Assembly (NCBI GenBank): GCA_040220235.1
Contig: JAVJTO010000115.1
DNA from: Coleofasciculus sp. B1-GNL1-01
GTDB taxonomy: Bacteria > Cyanobacteriota > Cyanobacteriia > Cyanobacteriales > Coleofasciculaceae
Length of the DNA: 45,757 bases
Reading direction: 5' to 3' (one strand)
Shown here in pieces: positions 10,011 through 19,898 of the stretch. The first letter of the stretch is position 1; each line of letters begins with the position of its first letter. The translations under genes and the position numbers were made by a program. The notes under the pieces were generated by a model. The model searched no databases, had not been told where the DNA came from, and saw only the letters and a list, made by a program, of their open reading frames with translations.

Positions 10011-12581
10011 ATGCAGCCTATTCGCACTTTTAACGTTTCTCCCGCTTTGCCAGCAGCCCTGGAACCCTTACGCAAGCTGGCATACAACCTGCATTGGGAC
10101 TGGAATGTGGAAACAAAAGACTTGTTCCGACGCCTAGACCGTCAACTCTGGGAATCCACTCGCCATAATCCCGTTTTGATGTTGGGGATGATTAGCCAAG
10201 CCCGTCTGGAAGAAGTGGCTGAAGATGATGGGTTTCTAGCGCAAATGGAACGGGCATCTCGACAGTTAGACGACTACCTCAAGGAACGGACATGGTATCG
10301 TAAACATCGTGGCAACAGCGATGAAAAGGAATGCTATGCCTACTTCTGTGCCGAGTATGGGTTAGTCGATTGTCTGCCCATATATTCCGGTGGTTTGGGT
10401 GTTCTGGCGGGCGATCATCTCAAATCTGCCTCTGACCTGGGTTTGCCTTTAGTGGCAGTCGGTTTACTCTATCAAGAAGGATACTGCGCCCAATACCTGA
10501 ATGCGGATGGTTGGCAACAAGAGCGCTATCCGATTAATGATTTTTACAATATGCCGCTGCACTTAGAGCGCCATGAGGATGGTTCAGAAGTGCGGGTTGC
10601 CGTCGAATATCCAGGTCGTACTGTTTATGCTCGCGTCTGGCGCGTGCAAGTGGGAACGGTTTCCTTGTATCTGCTTGATACCAACATTGAACCCAATAAT
10701 CCCTACGACCAAGATATCACCGATAGACTTTATGGGGGTGATCTGGATATGCGGATTCACCAAGAGATGATGTTAGGGATTGGTGGGATTAGAGCCTTAA
10801 AAGCCTTGGGATACAAGGTCAACGTTTATCACCTCAACGAAGGTCACTCCGCGTTTTTAATTCTGGAACGCATCCGTCGATATATCGAGGAAGAAGGGTT
10901 AAGCTTTACCGAAGCCAAACAATTGGCTCAGTCAACCCAACTCTTCACCACCCATACGCCTGTCTCGGCGGGATTTGACCTATTTCCTCCCGATAAGGCA
11001 ATGTACTATGTGGGTCATTATGCGAATATCTTTGGCTTGTCGCGGGAAGAATTTCTGGGGTTGGGACGAGAAGATACAGGAAATTTGGAATCCCCCTTTA
11101 GCATGGCAGCATTAGCCATTAAAACCTCTAGCTTTATTAATGGTGTCAGCCGATTGCATGGGGACGTGTCGCGGAAGATGTTCCATGGACTGTGGTCTGA
11201 TCTGCCTCTCGATGAAGTCCCGATTACCTCGATTACTAATGGTGTCCATGCTCGCAGCGTCGTGGCAAAGGCAAACCAAGAACTGTATGATCGCTACCTG
11301 GGTCCAAACTGGTCAAGCCGCAAGGCAGACGATCCGCTGTGGGATCGGGTGGCTTCGATTCCGGATGAGGAGTTGTGGCGCAATCACCAAGCTTGTCGGT
11401 CTCAAATGGTTATGTCTGTACGGGAACGCTTACAGTACCATTTGCGCGATCGCGGCGCTACCCCTGCCGAAATTGATCGGGCGCGTGAGGTTTTAGATCC
11501 CAGCATTTTGACGATTGGCTTTGCCCGTCGGTTTGCCACTTATAAGCGGGCAAACTTATTCCTACGAGATCTGGATCGAATTAAAAAAATTATCCAAGGT
11601 GATAAAGAACGAAAACGAAAAGTTCAGTTTGTCATTTCGGGTAAAGCCCATCCCAAAGACATGCCAGGGAAAGATTTCATCCGCAAGATTATTCATACGA
11701 TTCGCGAAGCGGGATTGGATAACTCTATTGTCTTTGTTCCCAACTATGACATTCACATCGCCCGACTGATGGTATCAGGGTGTGATATCTGGTTAAATAC
11801 CCCCCGTCGCCCCCGTGAGGCATCGGGAACCTCTGGGATGAAGGGTTCAATGAATGGTCTGATGAATGTCAGTATCCTGGATGGATGGTGGGACGAAGCC
11901 GATTACGTGCGAACCGGTTGGCCCATCGGTCATGGGGAAGAATACGATAATCCTGAGTACGAAGATGAGGTAGAAGCCAACGCCCTTTATGACCTACTCG
12001 AACAGGAAATAGTCCCTCTGTTCTACGATCGCGACGATGAAGGATTACCCCGTGGGTGGATTGCCAAGATGAAAGATACAATCCGACTCAACTGTCCTAC
12101 CTTTAATACCGCTCGTATGCTCAGAGACTATGCGATGCGTGGGTATTTCCCCGCTAGCGAACGGTACAAGGCGATGACTAGCGAGGGCTACCAACCCGTG
12201 AAGGAACTCGCTCAGTGGAAGCAACACTTATTTGAACAGTGGTACAGCATTAAAATTGAAGACATTGACATTGCTGCTCCCAGCGATCTCATGGTCAATC
12301 AATCGGTTGCTGTGAAAAGCCGCATCAATCTAGCTGGACTAACGGATAATGATGTACAGGTCGAACTCTACCAAGGTTCAGTTAATGCCGATGGACAAAT
12401 TGTGAATGGCGTACCCGTGGTGATGGATTACCAGGGAACTGACGAACACAATATCAGTATCTACACGGCAGATATCAGTTATGATGCCAGTGGCTTACAA
12501 GGTTTGTCTCTCCGGGTATTTCCCAAACACAAACATCTTTCTAGTCTCTATGAACCTGGTTTAGTTCTCTGGGCTTCTTAG
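10011..12581 (+). CDS. glgP: Alpha-glucan (glycogen) phosphorylase
   Basis: YSGGLGVLAGD, HLNEGH, FARRFATYKR, PLP-lysine motif EASGTSGMK. Confidence 0.96.
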   Translation: MQPIRTFNVSPALPAALEPLRKLAYNLHWDWNVETKDLFRRLDRQLWESTRHNPVLMLGMISQARLEEVAEDDGFLAQMERASRQLDDYLKERTWYRKHRGNSDEKECYAYFCAEYGLVDCLPIYSGGLGVLAGDHLKSASDLGLPLVAVGLLYQEGYCAQYLNADGWQQERYPINDFYNMPLHLERHEDGSEVRVAVEYPGRTVYARVWRVQVGTVSLYLLDTNIEPNNPYDQDITDRLYGGDLDMRIHQEMMLGIGGIRALKALGYKVNVYHLNEGHSAFLILERIRRYIEEEGLSFTEAKQLAQSTQLFTTHTPVSAGFDLFPPDKAMYYVGHYANIFGLSREEFLGLGREDTGNLESPFSMAALAIKTSSFINGVSRLHGDVSRKMFHGLWSDLPLDEVPITSITNGVHARSVVAKANQELYDRYLGPNWSSRKADDPLWDRVASIPDEELWRNHQACRSQMVMSVRERLQYHLRDRGATPAEIDRAREVLDPSILTIGFARRFATYKRANLFLRDLDRIKKIIQGDKERKRKVQFVISGKAHPKDMPGKDFIRKIIHTIREAGLDNSIVFVPNYDIHIARLMVSGCDIWLNTPRRPREASGTSGMKGSMNGLMNVSILDGWWDEADYVRTGWPIGHGEEYDNPEYEDEVEANALYDLLEQEIVPLFYDRDDEGLPRGWIAKMKDTIRLNCPTFNTARMLRDYAMRGYFPASERYKAMTSEGYQPVKELAQWKQHLFEQWYSIKIEDIDIAAPSDLMVNQSVAVKSRINLAGLTDNDVQVELYQGSVNADGQIVNGVPVVMDYQGTDEHNISIYTADISYDASGLQGLSLRVFPKHKHLSSLYEPGLVLWAS

Positions 12582-12799
12582 TATGTCATTTGTAAGGGTT
12601 TGAGGCTGATTAACATCACTTCATCCTAATCCACCTCTGTAGGGGCGCCCAACCTGCGCCCCGACAAACAACGGATAGAAACCGTGATTAATCCCGATCA
12701 TCGGGGTACATTGAACATACATAATGGATGTGCGATCGCATTGGCGATAATCCACCAGCCAAACGGCACAATCACAAAAGAGTTATCCCCATCAGCATA

Positions 12800-13219
12800 A
12801 TGGCTGTTCATCAAGATTACATTCAACTTGACACCGACAAAAATGGTGATATGCATGACTTGACCGATAAAGTCAATGCCATTGTCAAAAACTCTGGTAT
12901 CCAAACGGGAATGGTTCATGTCTTTAATATTGGCAGTACCGCCTCCATTGGCACAATCGAGTTTGAACCGGGATTGGAACGGGATTTACCGGAACTGTTA
13001 AATAAGCTGATTCCACCTAGTCGGGATTACGGACATGAGCAAACCTGGCATGATGGGAACGGACATTCTCACCTGCAAGCTACTTGGTTAGGACCCTCTC
13101 TCACTGTACCCCTTAAAAATGGCAGGTTAGAATTAGGCACTTGGCAGCAAATTTTTCACCTAGAATGCGATGTGAAACCGCGTCGCCGTCAAATTATTGT
13201 AACGATTTATGGCGAATAA
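12800..13219 (+). CDS. yjbQ: YjbQ/UPF0047 family protein
   Basis: GNGHSHL, LELGTWQQIF motifs; ATG 12800 preferred. Confidence 0.88.
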   Translation: MAVHQDYIQLDTDKNGDMHDLTDKVNAIVKNSGIQTGMVHVFNIGSTASIGTIEFEPGLERDLPELLNKLIPPSRDYGHEQTWHDGNGHSHLQATWLGPSLTVPLKNGRLELGTWQQIFHLECDVKPRRRQIIVTIYGE

Positions 13220-13269
13220 GTAGTCGGACAAAAGAAAACAACACTGTATTAAGTTTAATGGCACGCTCA

Positions 13270-13541
13270 ATAAGCATTAGGGAATCGCCGAAACCTTTGA
13301 TATACCGTAGGGTGGGTTTCGACTTCGCTCAACCCACCGACTTCGCTCAACCCACCAGGTTTAAGTCGAATGACACTGACTTTAGAGTTTGTAGTAAGCG
13401 CTTAAGCGCTTCTGGCACGCTTCGTGCCTACTACGAACCCAGCTTAAGTCAGCAACATTCAGGTTTAAGTCAGTGACATTTGTATTAAGTTTTGTAAATA
13501 CCCCTTAAACCCTTACCAATGACAAATGACGAATGACAAAT
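13270..13541. repeat. Composite repeat patch (GAAACCTTTGATATACCGTAGG element, GTAG-REP with tandem CGACTTCGCTCAACCCAC, TTAAGTC units, TGACAAA heptamers)
   Basis: Sub-motifs recur at 31273-31362, and inverted at 15716-15766 and 15858-15888. Confidence 0.65.
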
Positions 13542-14298
13542 GACGATTATGACACCAATTTTTCCAGGTATGAACCCTTATTTGGAAAATCCAGCTTTGT
13601 GGTCAGAGGTTCACTCCTGGCTGATTTTTCAACTGGCACGTTATCTCAATCCCTCATTAGTACCAAAATATCGAGCAGCGATTGAGAAACGGGTTTATTT
13701 GGATGCTTTACTCGTCGGTATTCCCGATGTAACGGTTTTCCAAAAGACCCCTGAAACAGCACCCAACGCCGCTGTAACAGCAACTGAGGTTGTAACTAAA
13801 CCCATTCGGGTGACGATACCCTTAACCGAAGAAATCACTGAACGTTATTTGGAAATTCGGGAAGTCAAAACAGGACGGGTGATAACGGTTGTAGAAATCC
13901 TCTCACCTAAAAATAAACGAGGTGGTGAAGGGAGAGAGAAGTATTTGCAGAAACGACAAAAAGTATTAAATAGTGCTACTCACTTGGTTGAAATTGATCT
14001 GTTGAGGACGGGAAAATTTATGCCAATGGCAGAGGCAGTTCCATCAGATTACCGCATTTTGGTCAGTCGCACGAATCTCCGTCCCGAAGCTGAACTCTAC
14101 CCGTTTAATCTGCGTGAATCCATTCCCCAATTTTTGCTTCCATTGCAGCCACCAGACCCAGAACCTGTTGTCAATTTAGCTGAGGTCTTGAAACAAGTGT
14201 ACCAGGAAGCTGCTTTAGACCTAGCGATTGATTCTTTTTACAGCAGACTGTTCCACCTCTGAGGGAGAGGGATTTTCAGTGGGTGCAGTCGTTGATAA
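13540..14298 (+). CDS. DUF4058 family (PD-(D/E)xK-like) protein; 3' end frameshifted and IS-interrupted
   Basis: PIFPGMNPYLE, IPDV, YLEIRE, VEILSPKNK, HLVEIDLLR motifs. The ORF stops at 14262, but a family-like tail QQTVPPL..DFQWVQSLI continues in another frame up to the IS end. Confidence 0.8.
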
Positions 14299-15678
14299 TT
14301 GACACTCACCCGGCTTAAAGCGCGGGTGATTCTTCCGTCGTAGGGATTCCAATGAATTTACCCTCAGAAAGCATCTTGACCGTGTGTCCCACGGCTGCAA
14401 GTCCACGAATGCAGACTACTTGAGCGGCGGCAACGTCTCTATCAGTTGTGTAGCCGCAATGACCACATGAATGAATGCGCTGGGATAGCAGCTTTTTACC
14501 CGTTTCTGTTAGGCAGTTGGGGCATATCTGACTCGTTTTCCTAGCATCAGTTTTGAGGAAAAACACACCACGCTTAAAGCAACACTGCTCTAGTATCTGG
14601 AGGAACTGCCCCCACCCAGCATCCAGGCAGTGTTTACCTAACATTCCTTTGGCTAATGCTTTGAGGTTGAGCGATTCGGCGAATATCATACCCGCCCAAT
14701 CACAAAGGTTATGGGCTAGCTCCCAGTGGTAATTCTTCCTGATGTTGGCTATCCGTTCATGCAATCGACTTACTTTGAAGAGTGCTTTTTGGCGGTTGTT
14801 ACTCCCTAAGCGCTTCCTACTTACCCTTTGTTGCAGCAATTTAAGCTTGCGTTCGAGTTTCCGGAAGGGCTTGGGGTTAGGGAATAACCTACCGTTTGAC
14901 ACAGCGACAAAATGACTGATTCCTACATCTATGCCTATGGCTTCACCGTGGGGCATTGGCTGAGGTACATCTAGATTCCACTGTAGGGTTAACATGATGT
15001 ACCATCCTGATGCACGTTTAACCACACGGGCTTGTTTGATGGTTGCTCCCTCTGGTATTGGGCGTGATTGGTTGAATTTAACCAACCCAATCATGGGTAG
15101 TTTAACCGCGTTCCCTTGGATTGGTTCAACTCCCAACTGAGGGAACACAAATGACCGCATTGTCCCAACTTTCTTGAACCGTGGGAACCCGTGTCCACCT
15201 TCCCACATGCTGACAAACGCTTTTTCTAAACGCTTGAGTGTCTGTTGGAGTACCTGTGAGTGTACCCGCTTTAGGTTGGGACTTGTTTTCCGGTATGCGG
15301 TTAGTCTCTTGCATTGGTTGGCATACGTGGGTCTAGGTGCATCAGCCGAAATGATGTATTCAGACCGGAGCGAACAGGCGTTAATCTGACAACTACGGGA
15401 CTTAAACCAATCTTTGCGTTCACCTAATGCGTAGTTATACACATGACGGTTTTGGTCTAACCAATCATCAAAGATGGCTACCTGATTTTTTGTGGGCTTA
15501 AGTTTGAATTCGTAGGTCAGATTAAACACATTGATCACCTCCTTACCCTATTGTACACTATTAGTTAGTTATCGTCCGGACGTTTAATAAGAATCCCAGC
15601 TAAAGCGGCTATGCTGGACGCCTCGCTCGGTTTCATCCCTCGGTTAAAACACGAGGGAACCTGCACCATCGCTATCAT
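14299..15678 (-). mobile_element. IS200/IS605-family element, IS1341/IS891-like, tnpB only (1380 bp)
   Basis: Right end ...GTCAA (minus) next to hairpin TCACCCG..CGGGTGA. Left-end hairpin CCCTCG..CGAGGG at ~15637-15657, with TTAC (minus, 15679-15682) immediately outside. No tnpA. Confidence 0.82.
14315..15529 (-). CDS. tnpB: RNA-guided endonuclease TnpB
   Basis: HTH, RuvC I GIDVG, RuvC II FAESL, Zn finger CPNC..CGHC, RuvC III DRDVAAA. GTG 15529 lies 8 nt after AGGAGG. Confidence 0.93.
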   Translation of the reverse strand: MFNLTYEFKLKPTKNQVAIFDDWLDQNRHVYNYALGERKDWFKSRSCQINACSLRSEYIISADAPRPTYANQCKRLTAYRKTSPNLKRVHSQVLQQTLKRLEKAFVSMWEGGHGFPRFKKVGTMRSFVFPQLGVEPIQGNAVKLPMIGLVKFNQSRPIPEGATIKQARVVKRASGWYIMLTLQWNLDVPQPMPHGEAIGIDVGISHFVAVSNGRLFPNPKPFRKLERKLKLLQQRVSRKRLGSNNRQKALFKVSRLHERIANIRKNYHWELAHNLCDWAGMIFAESLNLKALAKGMLGKHCLDAGWGQFLQILEQCCFKRGVFFLKTDARKTSQICPNCLTETGKKLLSQRIHSCGHCGYTTDRDVAAAQVVCIRGLAAVGHTVKMLSEGKFIGIPTTEESPAL

Positions 15679-15729
15679 GTAACTGGACACAATAAAAGCT
15701 AAGGGAGGAGATTGTCGTCATTTGTCCTT

Positions 15730-15807
15730 TGTCTTTGGTAAGGGTTTGAGGACTATTTACAAAACAAGTGTCTTTGGTAAGGGTTTGAGGACTATTTACA
15801 AAACAAG
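15730..15807. repeat. 39-bp tandem duplication
   Basis: TGTCTTTGGTAAGGGTTTGAGGACTATTTACAAAACAAG x2. Confidence 0.9.
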
Positions 15808-15907
15808 CGTGAGCGTGCCGTTTTCTTTTGTCCGACTACTTAGAATTTGTGATGCTGTTGGGTTGAGCGAAGTCGAAACCCAACCTACTGGCGTAGCTCC
15901 CCCGCTT

Positions 15908-16159
15908 TTACTCTCGCGATGAAGCGGCTTTTGACTCCGCCTCTTCTAACTCGATAATCAAATCAATTAGGTGTCTAGCATAACGAATAGAATCTGTCAA
16001 CCCTCGCTCCGTCACTGGATAGCTATAGCGAGCAAAATTTTCATGAGGGTGTTGCCAACGTAACCACAACCGTCTGTCAATCATCTTCGTGCTAATTAAC
16101 CAATCTCGGTAGCGGATTGGTTTGATGGGCAAGCCGGTGTTGGGATTGTCTGAAGTCAC
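15908..16159 (-). CDS. Small conserved hypothetical protein downstream of purQ
   Basis: 83 aa with plausible composition (LWLRWQHP.E.F.RYSYPV), co-oriented with purSQ. Confidence 0.6.
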   Translation of the reverse strand: MTSDNPNTGLPIKPIRYRDWLISTKMIDRRLWLRWQHPHENFARYSYPVTERGLTDSIRYARHLIDLIIELEEAESKAASSRE

Positions 16160-16218
16160 TGGCTTTCTTAGGAGTATTGAATTTAATTTACGATTTCACA
16201 GAGCATAAAGAAACGTGG

Positions 16219-16929
16219 TTAGACGGGTTGGAGTCGCTGTTCACTCATGAACGCTAATAATCCGTGAAATAATTTGATGCCATCAGCACTGCCCAACAAG
16301 GGGTCAGATGCCCGTTCTGGATGAGGCATCATGCCCAATATTTTACCCGTGCGATCGCATATTCCGGCTATGTTGTTGACGGAACCGTTGGGATTGCTGG
16401 TTTCGTTGATTTCACCCTGAGAATTGGCGTAACGAAAGATTACCTGATTTCCATCTTCTAGGGCTTTCAGGGTATCTGTATGGGCGTAGTAACGTCCTTC
16501 GCCGTGAGCAACGGGCAACGTGATAATATCTCCCGTAGCGTAGGCAGATGTCCAGGGCAAATCCGTGCGTTCGACTTTCAAGGGAGTGCGATCGCAAATA
16601 AAATGGAGATCTCGATTCCGGATTAATGCTCCCGGTAATAATCCAGATTCAGTTAAGACTTGAAAGCCGTTGCAGATACCCAGAACAAACTTGCCCTGTT
16701 TCGCATGGGCAATAACATGGGACATAATCGGCGAAAATTGAGCGATCGCGCCGCAGCGCAGGTAGTCGCCATAACTAAAGCCACCGGGTAAGACAACCAC
16801 ATCCAGATCAGAAATATCCGTTTCTTCATGCCAAACCATCCGAGTCGGACAGTCGAGCAAATCCTGGGCGACATAAGCAACATCGCGATCGCAGTTTGAG
16901 CCAGGAAAAACCACAATACCAAATTTCAT
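16219..16929 (-). CDS. purQ: Phosphoribosylformylglycinamidine synthase subunit PurQ
   Basis: FPGSNCD, PGGFSYGDYLR, GICNGFQ, MMPHPER. Confidence 0.96.
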   Translation of the reverse strand: MKFGIVVFPGSNCDRDVAYVAQDLLDCPTRMVWHEETDISDLDVVVLPGGFSYGDYLRCGAIAQFSPIMSHVIAHAKQGKFVLGICNGFQVLTESGLLPGALIRNRDLHFICDRTPLKVERTDLPWTSAYATGDIITLPVAHGEGRYYAHTDTLKALEDGNQVIFRYANSQGEINETSNPNGSVNNIAGICDRTGKILGMMPHPERASDPLLGSADGIKLFHGLLAFMSEQRLQPV

Positions 16930-17213
16930 GTTGATACCCCTAACTGTACCTGTACTTCATCCAAATCAAATCGATAATTTTCAATCACCGGATTCGCCAA
17001 AAGTTGGTCACAGATGCGATCCAGTTGCTCACTGGCTTGGTTTTCATCAGCCGCCGTCAGCATTAACTCAATATACTTGCCGATGCGTACTTGCTTAACA
17101 TTCGCGATGCCAAGCTGCTCAATCCCGGACTCGACTGCCACGCCAGCCGGATCTAGTACAGAAGGTCGCAGTGTAACATAAATTCGAGCCTTATACTGAT
17201 GATTCACAAGCAC
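16926..17213 (-). CDS. purS: Phosphoribosylformylglycinamidine synthase subunit PurS
   Basis: VLDPAG, VRIGKYIEL, LLANPVIENY; overlaps the purQ start. Confidence 0.95.
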   Translation of the reverse strand: MLVNHQYKARIYVTLRPSVLDPAGVAVESGIEQLGIANVKQVRIGKYIELMLTAADENQASEQLDRICDQLLANPVIENYRFDLDEVQVQLGVST

Positions 17214-17304
17214 CCCCTAGTGGTTTGAGATTACCTTAATTTAAAGTTTGAACTACTAATCCCCAATAGTCCACATCCTTTTTCCTCGATTAACCCCTAA
17301 ATCT

Positions 17305-17739
17305 ATGAAAGCCCAACGCACCCGTTCTCAAGAGCGAATTTTAAAGTTGCTCAAAACCTTAAATCGTGCTGTCTCTGCCCAGGATATTCATATCGAGTTA
17401 CGCAAGCGGCAGCAAGGTATGGGTCTAGCCACAGTTTACCGCTCTCTCGATGCCTTGAAACTTGAAGGAGTGGTACAAATGCGGACTCTAGCGACTGGCG
17501 AATCCCTCTACAGTTTATTGCAGGATCAACACCATCTCACCTGTCTCAATTGCGGGCGATCAATTCCCATCGAGGAATGTCCTGTCCACAATTTAGAGAC
17601 CCAGTTACAAGATAACCACCGCTTTCAGATTTACTATCATACCCTAGAATTTTTTGGACTCTGTGAGGATTGTCAAATAGTTGAAGCTGATCAAAACCGT
17701 CGTTATAGTGCCAAGAGGATGCACAGGGGAGAGTTTTGA
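17305..17739 (+). CDS. zur: Fur-family regulator, cyanobacterial Zur/FurB type
   Basis: RTRSQERIL, SAQD, GLATVYRSL, HHLTCLNCG, HTLEFFGLC..C. Confidence 0.82.
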   Translation: MKAQRTRSQERILKLLKTLNRAVSAQDIHIELRKRQQGMGLATVYRSLDALKLEGVVQMRTLATGESLYSLLQDQHHLTCLNCGRSIPIEECPVHNLETQLQDNHRFQIYYHTLEFFGLCEDCQIVEADQNRRYSAKRMHRGEF

Positions 17740-17805
17740 GTTTTGGATCAAGGGCATAAGCGTGTGACCCTTCGCAACCCTTGATCAAGGGAACCTGGTT
17801 GGTGT

Positions 17806-17858
17806 GTAGGGGCGGGTTTCACTATTATCGTTTATTCTCTGCGACTAAACCCGCCCCG
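17806..17858. repeat. GTAG-type REP-like palindrome (GTAGGGGCGGGTTT...AAACCCGCCCC)
   Basis: Same family at 21239-21300 and 35553-35612 (inverted); related hairpin at 12639-12665. Confidence 0.75.
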
Positions 17859-17919
17859 ATGTTCCAGACGTATCATGCTACGTCTGGAACTCTCTCCCCC
17901 TCAACCTTGTCCCCAATCT

Positions 17920-19509
17920 TTACAATGGACGATAAACCCGATAGTTAATTTTGGGGAAGATGTTATCGATTTCCTCGACTTTTTCCAACCAGCCGCTGTC
18001 GATTTTACCAATCTTGATATCCTCGTAAAGCTTATTAAACCGCATCAAGTGCGATCGCGTCCGCCGGACGGCATACGGTACCATGGTTCCCGTCCGCATA
18101 ATAAACGCCCAGTCCGATGACTGCGCCAGGAGTACCTCTCGCGCCGCCTGGTTTAGGGCTTTCCATTCCAGTTCATCGGCGGGTTCGCGACGCCCCAACT
18201 CAATCATCCGTTCTGCTGCTTTGTGCAGGTGAGGATAAATCCAAGCATTGGTTTCATTAAGCCAATATTCATGAAATCCCTTATACCCCCAACTTGACTG
18301 AGAAGGCTTACAAACTTGCTGGGTGGGATTATCCTGCAAATAGTCCGCCAGGTGGGTCATATCATAAGTCCCCTGGTCATACCAAGACTTGCGGAACAGA
18401 TAATCGATAAACCATGGTCCCTCGTACCACCAATGACCAAACAGTTCCGCATCATAGGGGGACACCACAATCGGCGGACGCTGCATAATTCCCGCCAAAT
18501 GACCCACCTGTTGTTCCCGGTTAAACATAAAGTTAGCCGCATGTTCAGCCACTTTTTCTCGCGCCCAATAGGGGTCATACAACGCCTTATCCCCTAACCC
18601 CAATCCGCGACCTGTGATTCGGTGATATTTAATTCCTGTATTTTTGCGCTGCCCATTGGGCATAATATAGGGCTTAATGTATTCGTATTCGGCTTCCCAG
18701 CCTAAATCCTTGTAAAATTCCCGATATTCGGGTGAACCGGGATACCCTACTTCCGAAGACCACACCTGCTGAGAGGATTCGTGATCTCGCCCAAATGCAG
18801 CGACTCCTGTCTCCGTATAAATTGGAGCATAAGTGCCAAACCGGGGACGAGGACGGGCATACAAGATTCCGTGACCATCGGTGAGGAAATAGCGTAAGCC
18901 TGCATCCGCGAGTAATCGTTCCACCCCTTCGTAATAGGCGCATTCGGGTAACCAAATCCCTTTCGGGGGACGCCCAAAGGTTTGCTCATAATGCTCACAA
19001 GCCACCTGAATTTGCGCCCAAACAGCTTGGGGATACATCTTCATCAGCGGAAAATAGCCGTGAGTCGCGCCGCAAGTGATGATTTCCAGGTTATTGCTGT
19101 CGAGAAATTGTTTAAATGCGCTGATCAAGTCACCCTGGTACTGTTCCCAGGTTTGGCGAATTCGACTGAACTCATTAACGTAATGTTCAGCGAGGTAGCG
19201 AATGTGACCATAATGTTCATTATGCTCGACTTCCTTTTGCGCCAACTCTTCAAGTAGAGCTAAATGTTTGTCGTAGCGCTCTTGTAACAGAGGATCTTTT
19301 AGCATCGACACCAAAGGGGGTGTCATGCTCATGGTGATTTTAAAGTCCACCCCATCCCGCTTTAACCCTTCAAAGACATGCAGGAGGGGGACATAAGTTT
19401 CGGTGATGGCTTCAAAAAGCCATTCTTCTTCCAGAACATAGTCACTTTCTGGATGCCGCACAAAAGGTAGATGGGCATGAAGGACGAGCGCAACGTAGCC
19501 GATAGCCAT
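17920..19509 (-). CDS. Glycoside hydrolase family 57 (DUF1957; GH57 branching-enzyme type)
   Basis: LHAHLPFV, GIWLPECAY (nucleophile), PYDAELFGHWW (acid/base), AQSSDWAF. Confidence 0.92.
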   Translation of the reverse strand: MAIGYVALVLHAHLPFVRHPESDYVLEEEWLFEAITETYVPLLHVFEGLKRDGVDFKITMSMTPPLVSMLKDPLLQERYDKHLALLEELAQKEVEHNEHYGHIRYLAEHYVNEFSRIRQTWEQYQGDLISAFKQFLDSNNLEIITCGATHGYFPLMKMYPQAVWAQIQVACEHYEQTFGRPPKGIWLPECAYYEGVERLLADAGLRYFLTDGHGILYARPRPRFGTYAPIYTETGVAAFGRDHESSQQVWSSEVGYPGSPEYREFYKDLGWEAEYEYIKPYIMPNGQRKNTGIKYHRITGRGLGLGDKALYDPYWAREKVAEHAANFMFNREQQVGHLAGIMQRPPIVVSPYDAELFGHWWYEGPWFIDYLFRKSWYDQGTYDMTHLADYLQDNPTQQVCKPSQSSWGYKGFHEYWLNETNAWIYPHLHKAAERMIELGRREPADELEWKALNQAAREVLLAQSSDWAFIMRTGTMVPYAVRRTRSHLMRFNKLYEDIKIGKIDSGWLEKVEEIDNIFPKINYRVYRPL

Positions 19510-19898
19510 AGTGAATAGAAGTCGTGAATTGCTAATAAAAAGTTTAGGATAGCCCGGGAGGTTTACACACAGCCATATTTAGCTGCTTGATACTTTGACC
19601 CTGAGCGAAGCCGAAGGGTCTACGTCCTAACCGCCTTGACGGTTGCCATACCACACGCCCGAAAGAGAATTCCGGAAAATATCTCGAAATTGCCTGTCAA
19701 TCAGGCTTTAGTTAGCAACAGTCATTTAAGATTTTAGGACGAAAAGGATAGATAAACCTCACAAACCATTCAGTTTTGCAGAAAATCTAAAATAGAGATT
19801 AAATTATAAGGAAGCAAAGACCCCCCAGCCCCTAGGCAGTCAAGTCCAATGTTCTCCTATAATAATTGCCCCAGTTAAGAGTGCTAACACCCAATTTC

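Noticed and set aside
14315..15538. TnpB as Cas12f or as a catalytically dead TldR
   Set aside because: No CRISPR array, IS ends are present, and the D-E-D triad is intact.
15730..15807. 39-bp direct repeats (and 18-bp repeats at 13320-13355) as a possible mini-CRISPR near tnpB
   Set aside because: The copies abut with no spacer, there are only two units, and they lie outside the IS ends.
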